Shown here: one piece after another, positions 10,948-21,900 of the stretch | Position numbering within the stretch: position 1 is the first letter of the stretch | How the letters are laid out: each line of letters opens with the position of its first letter | DNA from: Klebsormidium nitens | Taxonomy: Eukaryota; Plantae; Klebsormidiophyceae | Assembly (NCBI GenBank): GCA_000708835.1 | Contig: DF237255.1 | Location: forward strand, 42,597 to 106,596 | Direction: 5' to 3' | Length of the DNA stretch: 64,000 bases | Program-made: the position numbers and the translations under genes | Notes under the pieces: model-generated | The model's database searches: none | Told to the model about the DNA's origin: nothing | What the model saw: only the letters and a program-made list of their open reading frames with translations

Positions 10948-12548
10948 CAGATCAGATCAGTGTATGTATACGCAAACGACTGAAGGAGCAAACAAAGAAT
11001 ATGCAGTGCGCTCTGTGGAGCTGGTTCAATTCACTGGTGCCGCGCGCCGGGCCAGCATTAATTGGTGATCAGCGGCAATTGTAGCCCAACAGCTGTAACT
11101 AGAGGCAAGCTGGCGGTGGCGCCGAGAATTCAAAGTAGTTTGGCTAGAGACGTGCCAAGACTCGTGAATGTTATTGGGGTGAGATGCAATCTGGCGCTCG
11201 GGTGAGCTGCGAACTGACCCAGCAAGAGAAGAATTTCCGGATCCAGCCTCTTCCAGACAACTTGAAGCTGCCACTAGCTGTCAGCTGTGCCGTCGTTTGA
11301 AAGGTAAGAAATGCACTCAGCCGATCAGAGGCTGTAGAGTGCAACAGACGGCCGACTCAAAATTGAGAATTAAGACCGGCCAATGAACGCACTAGCTCTA
11401 CAACTCTACAAGCTGGGGCAGGCTGCAGCTGGCTTGGAGATGGCTATCATACCGTACTGCGTGCTGATGCTCAGCTTTCACCAGATATGATTGTCGTTCA
11501 AATAGGTAGGTAGGTATGTGCACTGTGCAGGATGAATGTACGGTACATAGAGCCTGAGGCGCTAAACAACGCTCCGCGGACATTGGACAGCTGGGGTACC
11601 GTCGGCGTCGGTACAGCTACGAGCACAGGTTAGTACCAAGTGTATTCAATTAGTCGAGGTTTCTTCATAGGCTATCAGATCAGCGAGGACAACTCACTGA
11701 CTCACAAGGACAACTCACGCTGAGAGAAGAGTGCTTCGTGAACTCACGCCGACTGGTCTGGACTCTGGACTCTGGATTGGGCACCGGTAAATTATCACGC
11801 ATCATTACGAAATTAATTTGGACACCGAGTTCTGCCGTAATAACTGAGACTTCGATCCTATGATTGATAAGCCCCTTGAATGAAGAAATCATGCCCGGAG
11901 AACGGCAAGGTTAAGTCTTGTGGTTAATGTAGGATAGGGCGCGGGACCGGTGAATATCCAGGTTAGCGTTAGTAGGTTGTTCTTGCCCGGTAGAAGGACC
12001 TTATGATTACTGCAGCGTATATTCGCCGAATGGAAGACTTATGCGCAATTATCGGTAGGACGGTAGCCTGGCGTCATCCTCGGCGGCGTAGATACTGGCT
12101 GGCGGCGGGCCGGCAAAAACTTCGGCCGGCCCGGGTTGTACTGCAGTGTGCACTGTAGAGTGTCCAGCTGCCGGTTCTTAACCTCTGGCACGGCAATAAA
12201 TATAGGTACCGGCCACCATGATGCTCGATCGTCACCCTGTTTACCCTGCTTTACAGGGGGTACGTGCTCATCAATGCATTACTGGTCACGACTCACGCCA
12301 AAGCACTCAGGAGTCAGCAGTGTCAGCACCGCAGAGAGCTACCGTCGTGGCACGGACAATTCACACCAGCTGTTTCCGGAAACTATTATATTTCCTTTTT
12401 CCAGTTCGCAAACCTGGGCTGGGCTAAATTTTACGTCTTAACCACCCCCTATTACGGGGCACTTTTGCCATTGGCCGGGCTAAAACGATATCTACACTTT
12501 TTTACTGGTACGAGTGGGTCGTGCCAATACACTACCTAGACACTAGAG

Positions 12549-15500
12549 GAGATAGAGGTAATCAGTAGTTTAGCAAGCGAGCTTATAAATCAATAAATTG
12601 ATCAATTTTTGCGAAAAATTTTTTCTTTGAAATTCATGACGTCATCTTGATGACGTCATACTCTTGTTAGTATTTCAATCATTTTCACTCTACTAAATTG
12701 CATGAGGTACCAGATTGCCGTGGGTTGCCGCTGGCCGCAGGTCAAACATAATTTGCGGCGACTTCATACCAGTCAGACGCACCGACCATGCCGGGTCGAA
12801 CAAATTGCCATCCCGTGATCTTCCGACTCACCGTGACAACGAGACGGTATCCAGATTCCAGATCCCAGTCCAATATATTGCCGCTGGCTGTGATATCCAG
12901 CGGCGGCGAGTCAAGTATGGCATTCGACGATTCTGACGTCGAATCTCGGGCAGGTTGCCGCTGGCGGCACGTCGAGTATTTTTGGCGACTCCTTGAATAG
13001 GTCACACCGACCTGATTTCCGCCATTGAACGGCAGAGCCGGGCACTGCGACGTCCCGGATTTCGAACTGCCGCCGTTGCCGGGGCCTGGGCTTCCCTGCT
13101 GTACTTTCGACCAGTGTTGCGATTATCTTTTTGAATTGGGTGGCCGTGGGCACCCTTCCGGCTACTTTTGGGTGTCCGGGGGGAACCCCCGGGGTCTTCA
13201 TCGGGTGCCCGCAGGCCCCTTCGGGGCCACGATAGGGTGTCCGGTGACTGGTCCGACTGGCACCCCCGGAGCCGTCATTGGGTGCCCACTGCCCGAGGTC
13301 CCCCTCGGAGCCTGAGCCACATTGGCAGACTCGCGAGTACCGTACGAAAAGAGACCATCAGGTTATTCACCGATTGCATGCAGCATGAGTGGAGTCGGGG
13401 GGTGGAGTCAATACATCCATACATACATATCTCACTGTATGTATGCATCCAATAAGTCATTGGAATCATGAAATCACTGAAGGCTTGCAACATGCCAGTC
13501 AAATTCCGATTGGTCCATAACCATGATATCCAGGCTTTGAATTAACGCATGAAGAGGGCTGCGCATTCTCGAGCCCCGATGCTTGATCATGCTAGACGCC
13601 CAGTGGGCGGCCACTTTCCTAGGCTCCTAGCCACGCACGGTTTTGAAAGTTCGTCTCGCTGGCTGCATGAACATTCCAGAATACCTATAAAGTTGAGGCT
13701 ATATTGCACAATCATTATTGCCTTATGTATGGTTACAATGTACACTGATATTTCAATCCACAACACAGCAAACTCGTCCTACCACATGAATATGATTCAA
13801 AATATGCAAAGGTGAATTCTATTCAACATTCGTCGTCTGACTGGAATAAGTCAAGCTCCTCGAGCACAGCCGGATTATCCCGCCATACTCGACGAGGCTT
13901 CCTGCTCAGCCACTTCCTATACACCTTGCTCAAGAACTCGGAATCGGGCTTCGCTGGACCGCATAACTTAATCCTCATGCAATCATCTAGTGCCCCTATT
14001 TTCAACCTATTGCGCAACTTGCTATGGATGAGGGTCCTCAAGGAAAAGCCTCTCTCAGCCTCAGCACTAGAGCACGCCTGCACCAGTGCTATGCAACCGA
14101 GTTTGAGGAGGTTGGGGTAGGACTCCCGGCTATGAGGGTCCCCGTAGAGTCGGCAGACGACCTCGTCCAAGGATGGGAACCCGTCTACGCTAGTGGCGGC
14201 AGCTTGGCGCATCTGAAAGATCACCGACTTGAAACGCGGCCACTCGGTCAAAACCGCATCCCAGTCGACTATGGGCTCGAAGACCACCCCGCGGGCGGTT
14301 CTCTCAACTCCATACTGCTGCTTGAGCACCTCAAGATGCCCCGTGCCCCAGTCGGATAGACGGGCCAAGGTCGACGGGTAATGGGCCGGCGAGAAAATGG
14401 CGAAGGACTCGAAGAGAGCGCGGTCCGGAAACCTCTCCTGCAGATTTTTAACCACCCCCTTCGCGTAGGACACCATGAAAGCCTTGCAAAACGCCGCGTC
14501 TGCAACGGGCCCCTCGGGACTGAAGCGCACGTCAAACCCGCTGTACTTGAACCGGTCGACGTACCCCGCCTCCTTCCACACCAAGAACTTGAACCAAAAA
14601 GATCTAACCTCTGACCCCAATCCTCCGGGCAGATCGTCCGGACCCGCCTCGTCGCTGGTGTTTATGAAGTACTCTTGGATGGCGCTGATGGTAGAATCGA
14701 CGTGTTGCTTGACCTGAGTTGGGTCTACCCAAGCGCGCTGGAATGCTTTGTTGAGGATGCTGAGTTGCTCAAGAAGGACTACCAGAAAGCACAGGGCGAA
14801 GATGAAGCGGAAAGACGAGAGGTTCTCGAAATGCTCGGGATGAGGCTCGGGGCCACCGGGAGCGAAGAGGACTAGCAACTCATGGTGTGAGCGGAAGATA
14901 CTCTGGACAGCCTGGCAGCGGGAGAGCCAGCGGACTTTGTGCAGCTTAGCAAGCCGAAGAGATTTGTCGCCGACCTCAGCCTGCACCTCCTTCAGCTTGG
15001 CAGACCGCTGGGGTGAGCGGGCAAAGAAGACCGCCAGAGAGTTGACGATGTTGTCAAAGTCCTTGGAGTACGCGCAACTGTCAGCAGCGTCCTTAGCAGC
15101 CAGCGCCTCTCGATGAGCACCGCAGTGGGAGCTGGTCATGAAGGGGTTCTCCTCTTTGACCAGGAGTGTAGACACGCCGCCGTGCACGCCTGCATTGAGT
15201 AAGAGGAATACAAGATCAGCTACTAAAAAGCAAGCTCATGTGCACATGCTTACCAACTTTTGAGCAAAAGATTCAGACATTATGCACCTAAGACACCTAA
15301 GACTGGCTCCTTGAAGACTGGTGAACATGAAGGTTCAGGTCCAGGATTCACTAAGCAAACACATCTTTGCAAATGCTTCCGGACAATGCATCTGGACAAC
15401 TCAAGCCAACATCAATGAATGTTCTCCAGAGGATTGTTGCGCAGGATAATCTGCATTGAAGCAATTCTCCTGGTTGACAATACGTATCAAGCGTAAGCCG

Positions 15501-18218
15501 AGCAAGTGTCAACCTGACTTACCAACCATTACCGCAGCACCATCACTCCCGAAGCCCATCATTTTGAGCACGTCCCAGCCTCTCCGATTCAGCAGCTCCA
15601 TGATGGACGCCTTCAAGCTGACTGCCGTTGTCGCCGCAACTTGAACGAGCTCCACAAAACGTACCTGCATGAAAGTGCTAAATGTATAGTCAGTACGCAA
15701 ATTTGCACAACAAGTCTTTGCAGCCACAAAGTCTTGAACTTTGGATCATATCAAACTTCAAGAATCCTGCACCCTGTGGGCTATCATTCAGATTGCAACA
15801 GAAAACCAATGCAAGAAATCCTTCATGGACAAGGGGGACACATTTTGACTTTGACCCGGATTCAGTGTGCTTGCTGCAGAGGCATAGATTCCTACTAACC
15901 CTTGAGTCTTCTACGCAGATTTTCTTACCACAACTGTGGCCCCCTTCATGAAGACCACGTACGCGATCATGTGCTCGTCCACCGACATAGATGTGCTCTC
16001 GTCCACAATGAGGCCAAAGAAAGGGCTCCGCTTAACGTCTTCAGACTCCTCTTCTGATAGCACGTCGCTTGCAGCTTCAGCGAACTCCTTGCATGCGTCT
16101 CTGGCCTGGTGCTTATGGTGCAGCTTGTCAAACCTGAATGAACAAAGACCAGATACTTGCCTCTAAAAAACCCTGACTATCATTCATTGCCACATCTGAA
16201 TCACCCAAGCGGCAGCCACTATGCATTCTGCAAGATATCAGCGGCCATTGATCCGCACCTGGTTGTGTCTAAAGCTTTCAAGAACGATGCGCAGACTTCA
16301 ACACTCATGTAAACACTCGACCGATATTCAAACCCAAAACCAGGTCAGAACAAGCAGCCCACGACCAAGTCAGAACAAGCAGGGCCCAATCTCCTTCGAA
16401 CTTGCCAGTGACAATCACACATTACAATCAGGATTTGGAACGGAACGTCTGATCAAAGCGCTGATACCAACGTGCTCACCCTCGTTGCTTGAACAGGTCA
16501 CACAGACTCGCCATTTTCAGGAAAGGCAGGAGCTCCCAACACAACCAGTACGCCAAAGCAATGTTGTTATGCAACTTGGCCTCCGCCTCAGATGCTTGCG
16601 CTGCAGCCGCTTGGTGGATCGCGCCTGCGCGAGCGACTCTGTCATCTGCAGCCTGTGCCGTCCTGTGATCACCGCTCTTGGCGTGTTTCCTCAGGGTGTG
16701 CAACCTGTAGCTTGACGACCCCCCCTCAGTGAAATCATTCTTCAGCTTAGCCTCTCGACACGTCTTGCAGAAAAGTCTCCTGGCGCCCGTCATCTTGTCA
16801 ACGACCAGATCTTCAATCCAGGTTAGCCCGTAACCACCCTGTGTTTCTGGCAGCACCCACTTGACCTGGAATGTTCTCTTCCTCTTCTTCTTTGCCTGGT
16901 CGCCTTCCGAATCAGAGGAGGAACTGGGCTCTGCAGCCTGCTCAGCTGGTCTCCTTGCAGGAAGGGGCGGAAGACCTTGCACCTGCTCTACAATTGGTGG
17001 ATCGACGGGGCTTTCGTTTAGATCTGGAATGGTGGCTGCCTCAGGAACCCCCTGAGCTGCTCCACCCTGAGCTTGCATCGCGGTTGCTTGTGTCACGACT
17101 GGCGTAGGCTGGTCGTGGGGCTGGGTTTGGGTGGCCGCTCCTACAGGTTTGAAGAAGCTTGCCACGCTGGCTTGCTTGCCACCAGGGCCTGTCTTCCCGC
17201 TATCTCTAGGGGTTCCTTTGGGTTGCTGCTTGCCTCCCTTGCCAGCCATGCTGTAAAAGACGGAAGCAAGCGCGACGAGCAGGAGCACAGCTTCACCCAC
17301 CATCTTGCCTGGTCACCTCTGAGTGGGAATGGGGAGCGCCACCTTCCAAGAGTCCTCCAGACCTTCAACACGGCAATGCAGAGGCTGCATTCAGTCAGGA
17401 CTGAGTTGCGGTCACGGTACGCGCGCGCGCGAGCCTGAGGGGTGCGCGGGCCAGGCGCCGCGGCGGGCTGCACTAGTGCGTGACAGGGACAAGGGACCGG
17501 GGATTCAGCTTCGAACCTCCGGACTCAGGAGTGGCAGACTGCAGTCACGACTCACCAGTGACAATCGGTCTTCGACATTTCGCCCCGGTTCGCTTATGCC
17601 AGGCAACTTTCTTGCCGAGGGGCACTGTCGCAAATTGCAATTCTGGACCCCCCAGCCTCAGAGTCAGATACGGTATGGACAGTGGACACCCTGACGATTT
17701 GCATTGGGTGCCCCATGGGCACCTTCGAACCCCTGATCGGGTGCCCTATGGGCACCCTCACGACCCCCTTTGGGGGTCTGGGGCGACCATCGGGTGCCTT
17801 TTTACCAGGGACGGGGCACCCAATCGCAACACTGCTTTCGACTTTAACTAAAAGAATTTGCGGACCGCATTCTTCGATTATTGCCGCTGGCGCGCGGTCC
17901 TGGGACCTAAACATCAGGCATTATATGGAACAAGTTCCACATACCGGTAGGTATACCATCTCGACCGGTAGTCGAAGTACCGGAGGTACTTGAGTCCTAA
18001 TACCAGCCTCGGGGCTCGCTTCCGAGGAGATTGAAGCTGCATCCAAATTTCACAGATTTTGATCCTATACTAGTCAGAGTAAAACCGAGCAGAAAGGCGT
18101 GATGACGTCAGCAAAGCGAGCTTACATTTTGACGACGTGCGCAAAACGAGCTTTTACGTAAGCAAAGCGAGCGCGAGCTTGGAAAGCTCCCCCGGTAAAC
18201 TACCGAAGACCCAATCCC
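12549..18218 (-). mobile_element. hAT-superfamily DNA transposon (about 5.67 kb), putatively autonomous
   Basis: Flanked by a direct repeat GACACTAGAG (12539-12548 and 18219-18228). Imperfect terminal inverted repeats: GAGATAGAGGTAATCAGTAGTTTAGCAAGCGAGCTT versus reverse complement GGGATTG-GGTCTTCGGTAGTTTACCGGGGGAGCTT. Subterminal GGGTGCCC clusters occur at both ends, and the element encodes a transposase. Confidence 0.7.
13823..17249 (-). CDS. hAT-type transposase (TTF-type zinc finger, DUF4371-like region, DDE core, C-terminal dimerisation domain), 827 aa; exons 17249..16480, 16133..15929, 15664..15523, 15189..13823
   Basis: Zinc finger RTFQVKW...LFCKTC...LRKHAKSGDH; catalytic-type motifs FFGLIVDEST, MMGFGSDGAAVMVG, HCGAHREALAAKDA, VRWLSR, SSAEAERGFS; C-terminal HSKLRNRL. 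Three GT-AG introns are phase-compatible and the assembled CDS (2484 nt) has no internal stop. Confidence 0.88.
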
Positions 18219-18308
18219 GACACTAGAGTAGCTCAGCCAATCACAGTCCACAGGGATTCCAGAGTCCAGTGGCTACTGGCTTTTTGCTCTTAAAATTATT
18301 GTAGACAG

Positions 18309-18729
18309 GTACCTACGGTAGTCAGTCCTGTGTCCTGCTGGCTGCTTGCAACCGTAGGTACCTCTGCCGGAGGTACCTACCTAGTACCTACCTAGCCTAC
18401 ATCGTACAAAGCTACAACACAGCCGCGCTAAAAGTAACAACTACAGGTACCTACTTACCTATTCACCTGGTTCAATGGGTAGCTGTACCTATGTAGGTAA
18501 GTATTTTGAACCTTGACGCTTGAAGCAACAGGGACGGTAGTACCTAGATATGGTTGCAGATACCTACCTAGGTAGGTAAAGGTAAGAAGGTACAAGTCAT
18601 GTGCACTGAGCAGGAATCCATGATGGGTACGGTAATTATTTTACTTACTGTCAGGAAGCCAAAGAAGAGTACCTACCTTCCTAGGTGAGATCATGAGCAA
18701 CAGAGCAGCCTGGAGCCTGAGGTAGGTAC
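18309..18729. promoter_or_regulatory. Dense GTAC cluster (12 copies) upstream of the PPO gene; candidate SBP-domain (CRR1/SPL7-type) copper-response elements
   Basis: GTAC counted at 18309, 18358, 18373, 18384, 18404, 18447, 18485, 18540, 18590, 18627, 18669 and 18726, versus about 1.6 expected in 421 bp at equal base frequencies. The function is inferred. Confidence 0.45.
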
Positions 18730-18914
18730 CTAGCTGGGTCCATAGAAAAACGTTTCAAATGAAGGAAGGGATTCGCTAGGAAGGGACTTCACTTGGTTGT
18801 TTGCCCGGGCGTCCAAGCTCAGTAACTTCGCACGGCCAGCGCACTAATTGCAAGCTCGCAAGCTTGCATATTACGCCCGCATTGCCAGCTGCCAGCATTC
18901 CCTCCGCCGTCCCA

Positions 18915-21900
18915 ATGATGGCCCCCCGCGTGGCCTGTGTGGCGCTCCTCCTCGCGTCGCTCTTCCTCTGCGCGCCCGACGCCTCCCGCGCGCAGATCGT
19001 CATTCGCAGCAACCGCACCGCCAACGCGTCGGCGCCCGCGCCCGCCATCAGCCTCTCGTCCGGCAATGCAACAAAGCCCGGGTACTCCGGGGGCCTGTTG
19101 GGTTTTCAGCCCGACGGGGGGCTTTACATCACTCCTGACGTCATCAACCAGTGCGAAAGCCTCCCGGGGACTGCGAGCGACGGCTCCGGCAATGCCATGC
19201 TCCTTACGGCGTCGGGTACCGTGACGGACGAGAAGGAGAAGGGGACGGACCTGGGGAACTGCTGCCCGCCGCCTTACGCGGGCGCTCCTGTGGTGAGGAG
19301 CTGGGAGCCCACTGATTTTTCCCCCTGTTTTGTTCTTATAGAGATTTGTGTTGCTCGCACTTTGTCCACCACTCGCCTCAGCTGAAATGCTGTGCGTTAG
19401 AATTTCAGAGTACCAGTTACGGAACAGCATTGTCCTGCATCTTTGTGGGGCTGGTGAATCGGCGCAGCTAACAGCGTCTGTTCCGTTCTTCCTCCCATAC
19501 TGGGGAATTGTCATACATGAACAATGTATTAGTTTCTTGGATGTGATTGATCCAGCATTGTCTGAATTGAAGGTTTATTCTGAAGCCGCTCCATAACATG
19601 AATTTGCGCAGCATTTGGGATGGAAGTCTCTGTCTAGAAACTGGGTTCAGTCCCAGAACCAGGGCCTTTACCAGTTGCATTGTGAGGACCTTTCATTTAC
19701 CAGGACATACTATATTTGCTCGCCGCGTTTGCACAACAGGAAAGGTCAACATTCTCACAGGGTGTTGGACTTGACAGCTGGCAATGATTACCCTTAATCA
19801 CAATGGCTGGCAATGATGACCTTAATCTGCTGTCTTCCTTAAAGAGCTAAACTTTGGATGGCTTTGTTAAGCTGCAGACATTCATCTGGTTGAGTTTGAG
19901 CAACTTTGTTTTTCTAATTCCCCTTTCTCCTCAATGTACATATATTATTGCAGCATATAAATGTGTTCTCCACGAGTCACCTTCATTACTAAATCCCTTT
20001 CACGATTTTGGTGCCCATGTTCAAGTTAGACTCCTTGCAACTTCTCATCTGGTCTCTGACGAGCTTCATATCAACTTTCACCTGCTTCCTTGGCCAATCC
20101 ATCCTCAAACAACTGTCTTTCAACTCTCTCTACTATCCTTTCTATACTGGGGGCCTCAGCCAATCACTCCCCTTCAATATATCTACCTCTCTAGTACTGA
20201 CTTGGTGGCGTCCAACTTTTTACAGCTCTTACATATGATCCACCCTCTGTTTGATTGTTTGTCACGAACCCATTTCTGCTCTGCTCATCTCTACTAGAGT
20301 CTTAACTTCTGAGTGCCTCCATTGCTGCCTTTTCCATAAGTGACAGTCCCTTGCTAATCTGGCATCCGTTTTCTTGCCAGACCCAGACAGACCTCGCTTC
20401 CAGTCCTACTGCTCAACGGGTTACTTAACCAGCTCTTAACCAGCCTGGTCTGGAAAAGCGCCTCAACCCATGGCTAACCCAGCTCGGTTAACGGTCGTTT
20501 CGTCCTGTGCTTTCAGGCCTGGCGCTCCTAACTCGACGTTCAAAGTACTTTTAACTAGCTCATGACCAGCCTTATCTGGTGGAAGCTTAAGGGCATCGAC
20601 CCATCTCTAACCCGGTTTGGTTCATTTTGTCTTCAGGCTTGGCAACCGTATGGTCCGAGCCGCCCCATCGTCGTCCGGCGCTCCTGGTTGGACGTCCAAA
20701 ACGACACAGTGTACATGGAGAAACTCGCGCGCGGCTTCAAGCTGATGAGGACCCAAGGCCCAAACAGCCCCAACAGTCTCCTCAGGCAAGCTAGAGTAAG
20801 GCCAGCTTAACCTTAACCTTAAGTTAACCCTCATCCCTGATGATGCGCAGGGCTTCTAACTGATGAGGGCCCAAGGCCCAAATAGCCCAAACAGTCTCCT
20901 CAGGCAAGCCAGGGTAGGGACCACCTTAACCTTAACTCAACCGTTATCCCTGATGCTGAATACACTCGCAAACCTGATCTTGGGTAGAAGCGCGGAAGGG
21001 TCAGGAGTACGGTTGCTTCCAAAGGGCTGAATCGGATGCAGTTCGTTCGTGGAGCCAGCGAAAGACAGGCAAGGAGTCATGGCGTAAGGTATTTTACCCA
21101 CGCGCACGTCCATAACGACTGGTTAAACTTTTTTGAAGATTCGGGTTATGGTACGAAGTACTTAACCCCCACGCAGGTTCATTGCCACCACTGCACTACC
21201 GCCAAAACCCAGGGTTACATCCATAACGGCTGGTTAAACTTTTCGAAGATTTGGGTTATGATACGAAGTACTTAACCCCCACGCAGGTCCATTGCCACCA
21301 CTGCACTACCGCCAAAACCCAGGGTTACATCCATAACGGCTGGCATTTCCTGCCGTGGCACCGCGCCGAGATCTTCTACTTCGAGCAATCGATGCAGTAT
21401 CTGCTCAACGACCCGACCTTCGCCATGCCTTACTGGGTAAGCTCGTGACCCTTGCCTGGCCTTGTCACACGAAGGTTTCGTTCCTAACCATGCTCGGTTA
21501 ATGGGCACGCAACTTATGACGAAGTTCACAATCTTCATAGGTGGGCACTAAACCAACAGCCTTTAATCAAGTTTAGGCACACGGTCATTTCTTGTGTGTT
21601 TCGCTATTGGGCGGTTTTGCTATTGCACCGAAACTCGTGTGCTGTAAAGTCGGAATTCAAATTCACCCCCGAAAGCATCGCGAAAGCGCTCTGCCGCACT
21701 CAAGCATTTCTCACTTGCTCAATCTTCCGCCATGCTTAATTTCGCATGTGCTTTCTGTGCCTCTGACCATACTTCCAACTTCGCAATATCAGATGGGTAT
21801 GTTATCGTAAGGGGATCTATCTCCAAAGCTGGGGGCCCAAATCAAAACACCGACAATTTGTGATCTTAGCAAAAGAGAACCAGTGAAGGTCTATATCTGG

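Noticed and set aside
14024-14875. Plus-strand ORFs overlapping the transposase
   Set aside because: They are antisense shadows of a GC-rich coding exon and have no recognisable motifs.
17250-17303. Signal-peptide-like extension MVGEAVLLLVALASVFYS on the transposase
   Set aside because: A secreted transposase is implausible. The downstream MAGKGG start is more likely, and the upstream ATG is probably incidental.
11750-18275. Larger outer inverted repeat (CTGGACTCTGG near 11757 versus CCAGAGTCCAG near 18259) defining a bigger element
   Set aside because: The match is only about 11 bp, with no target-site duplication and no further extension.
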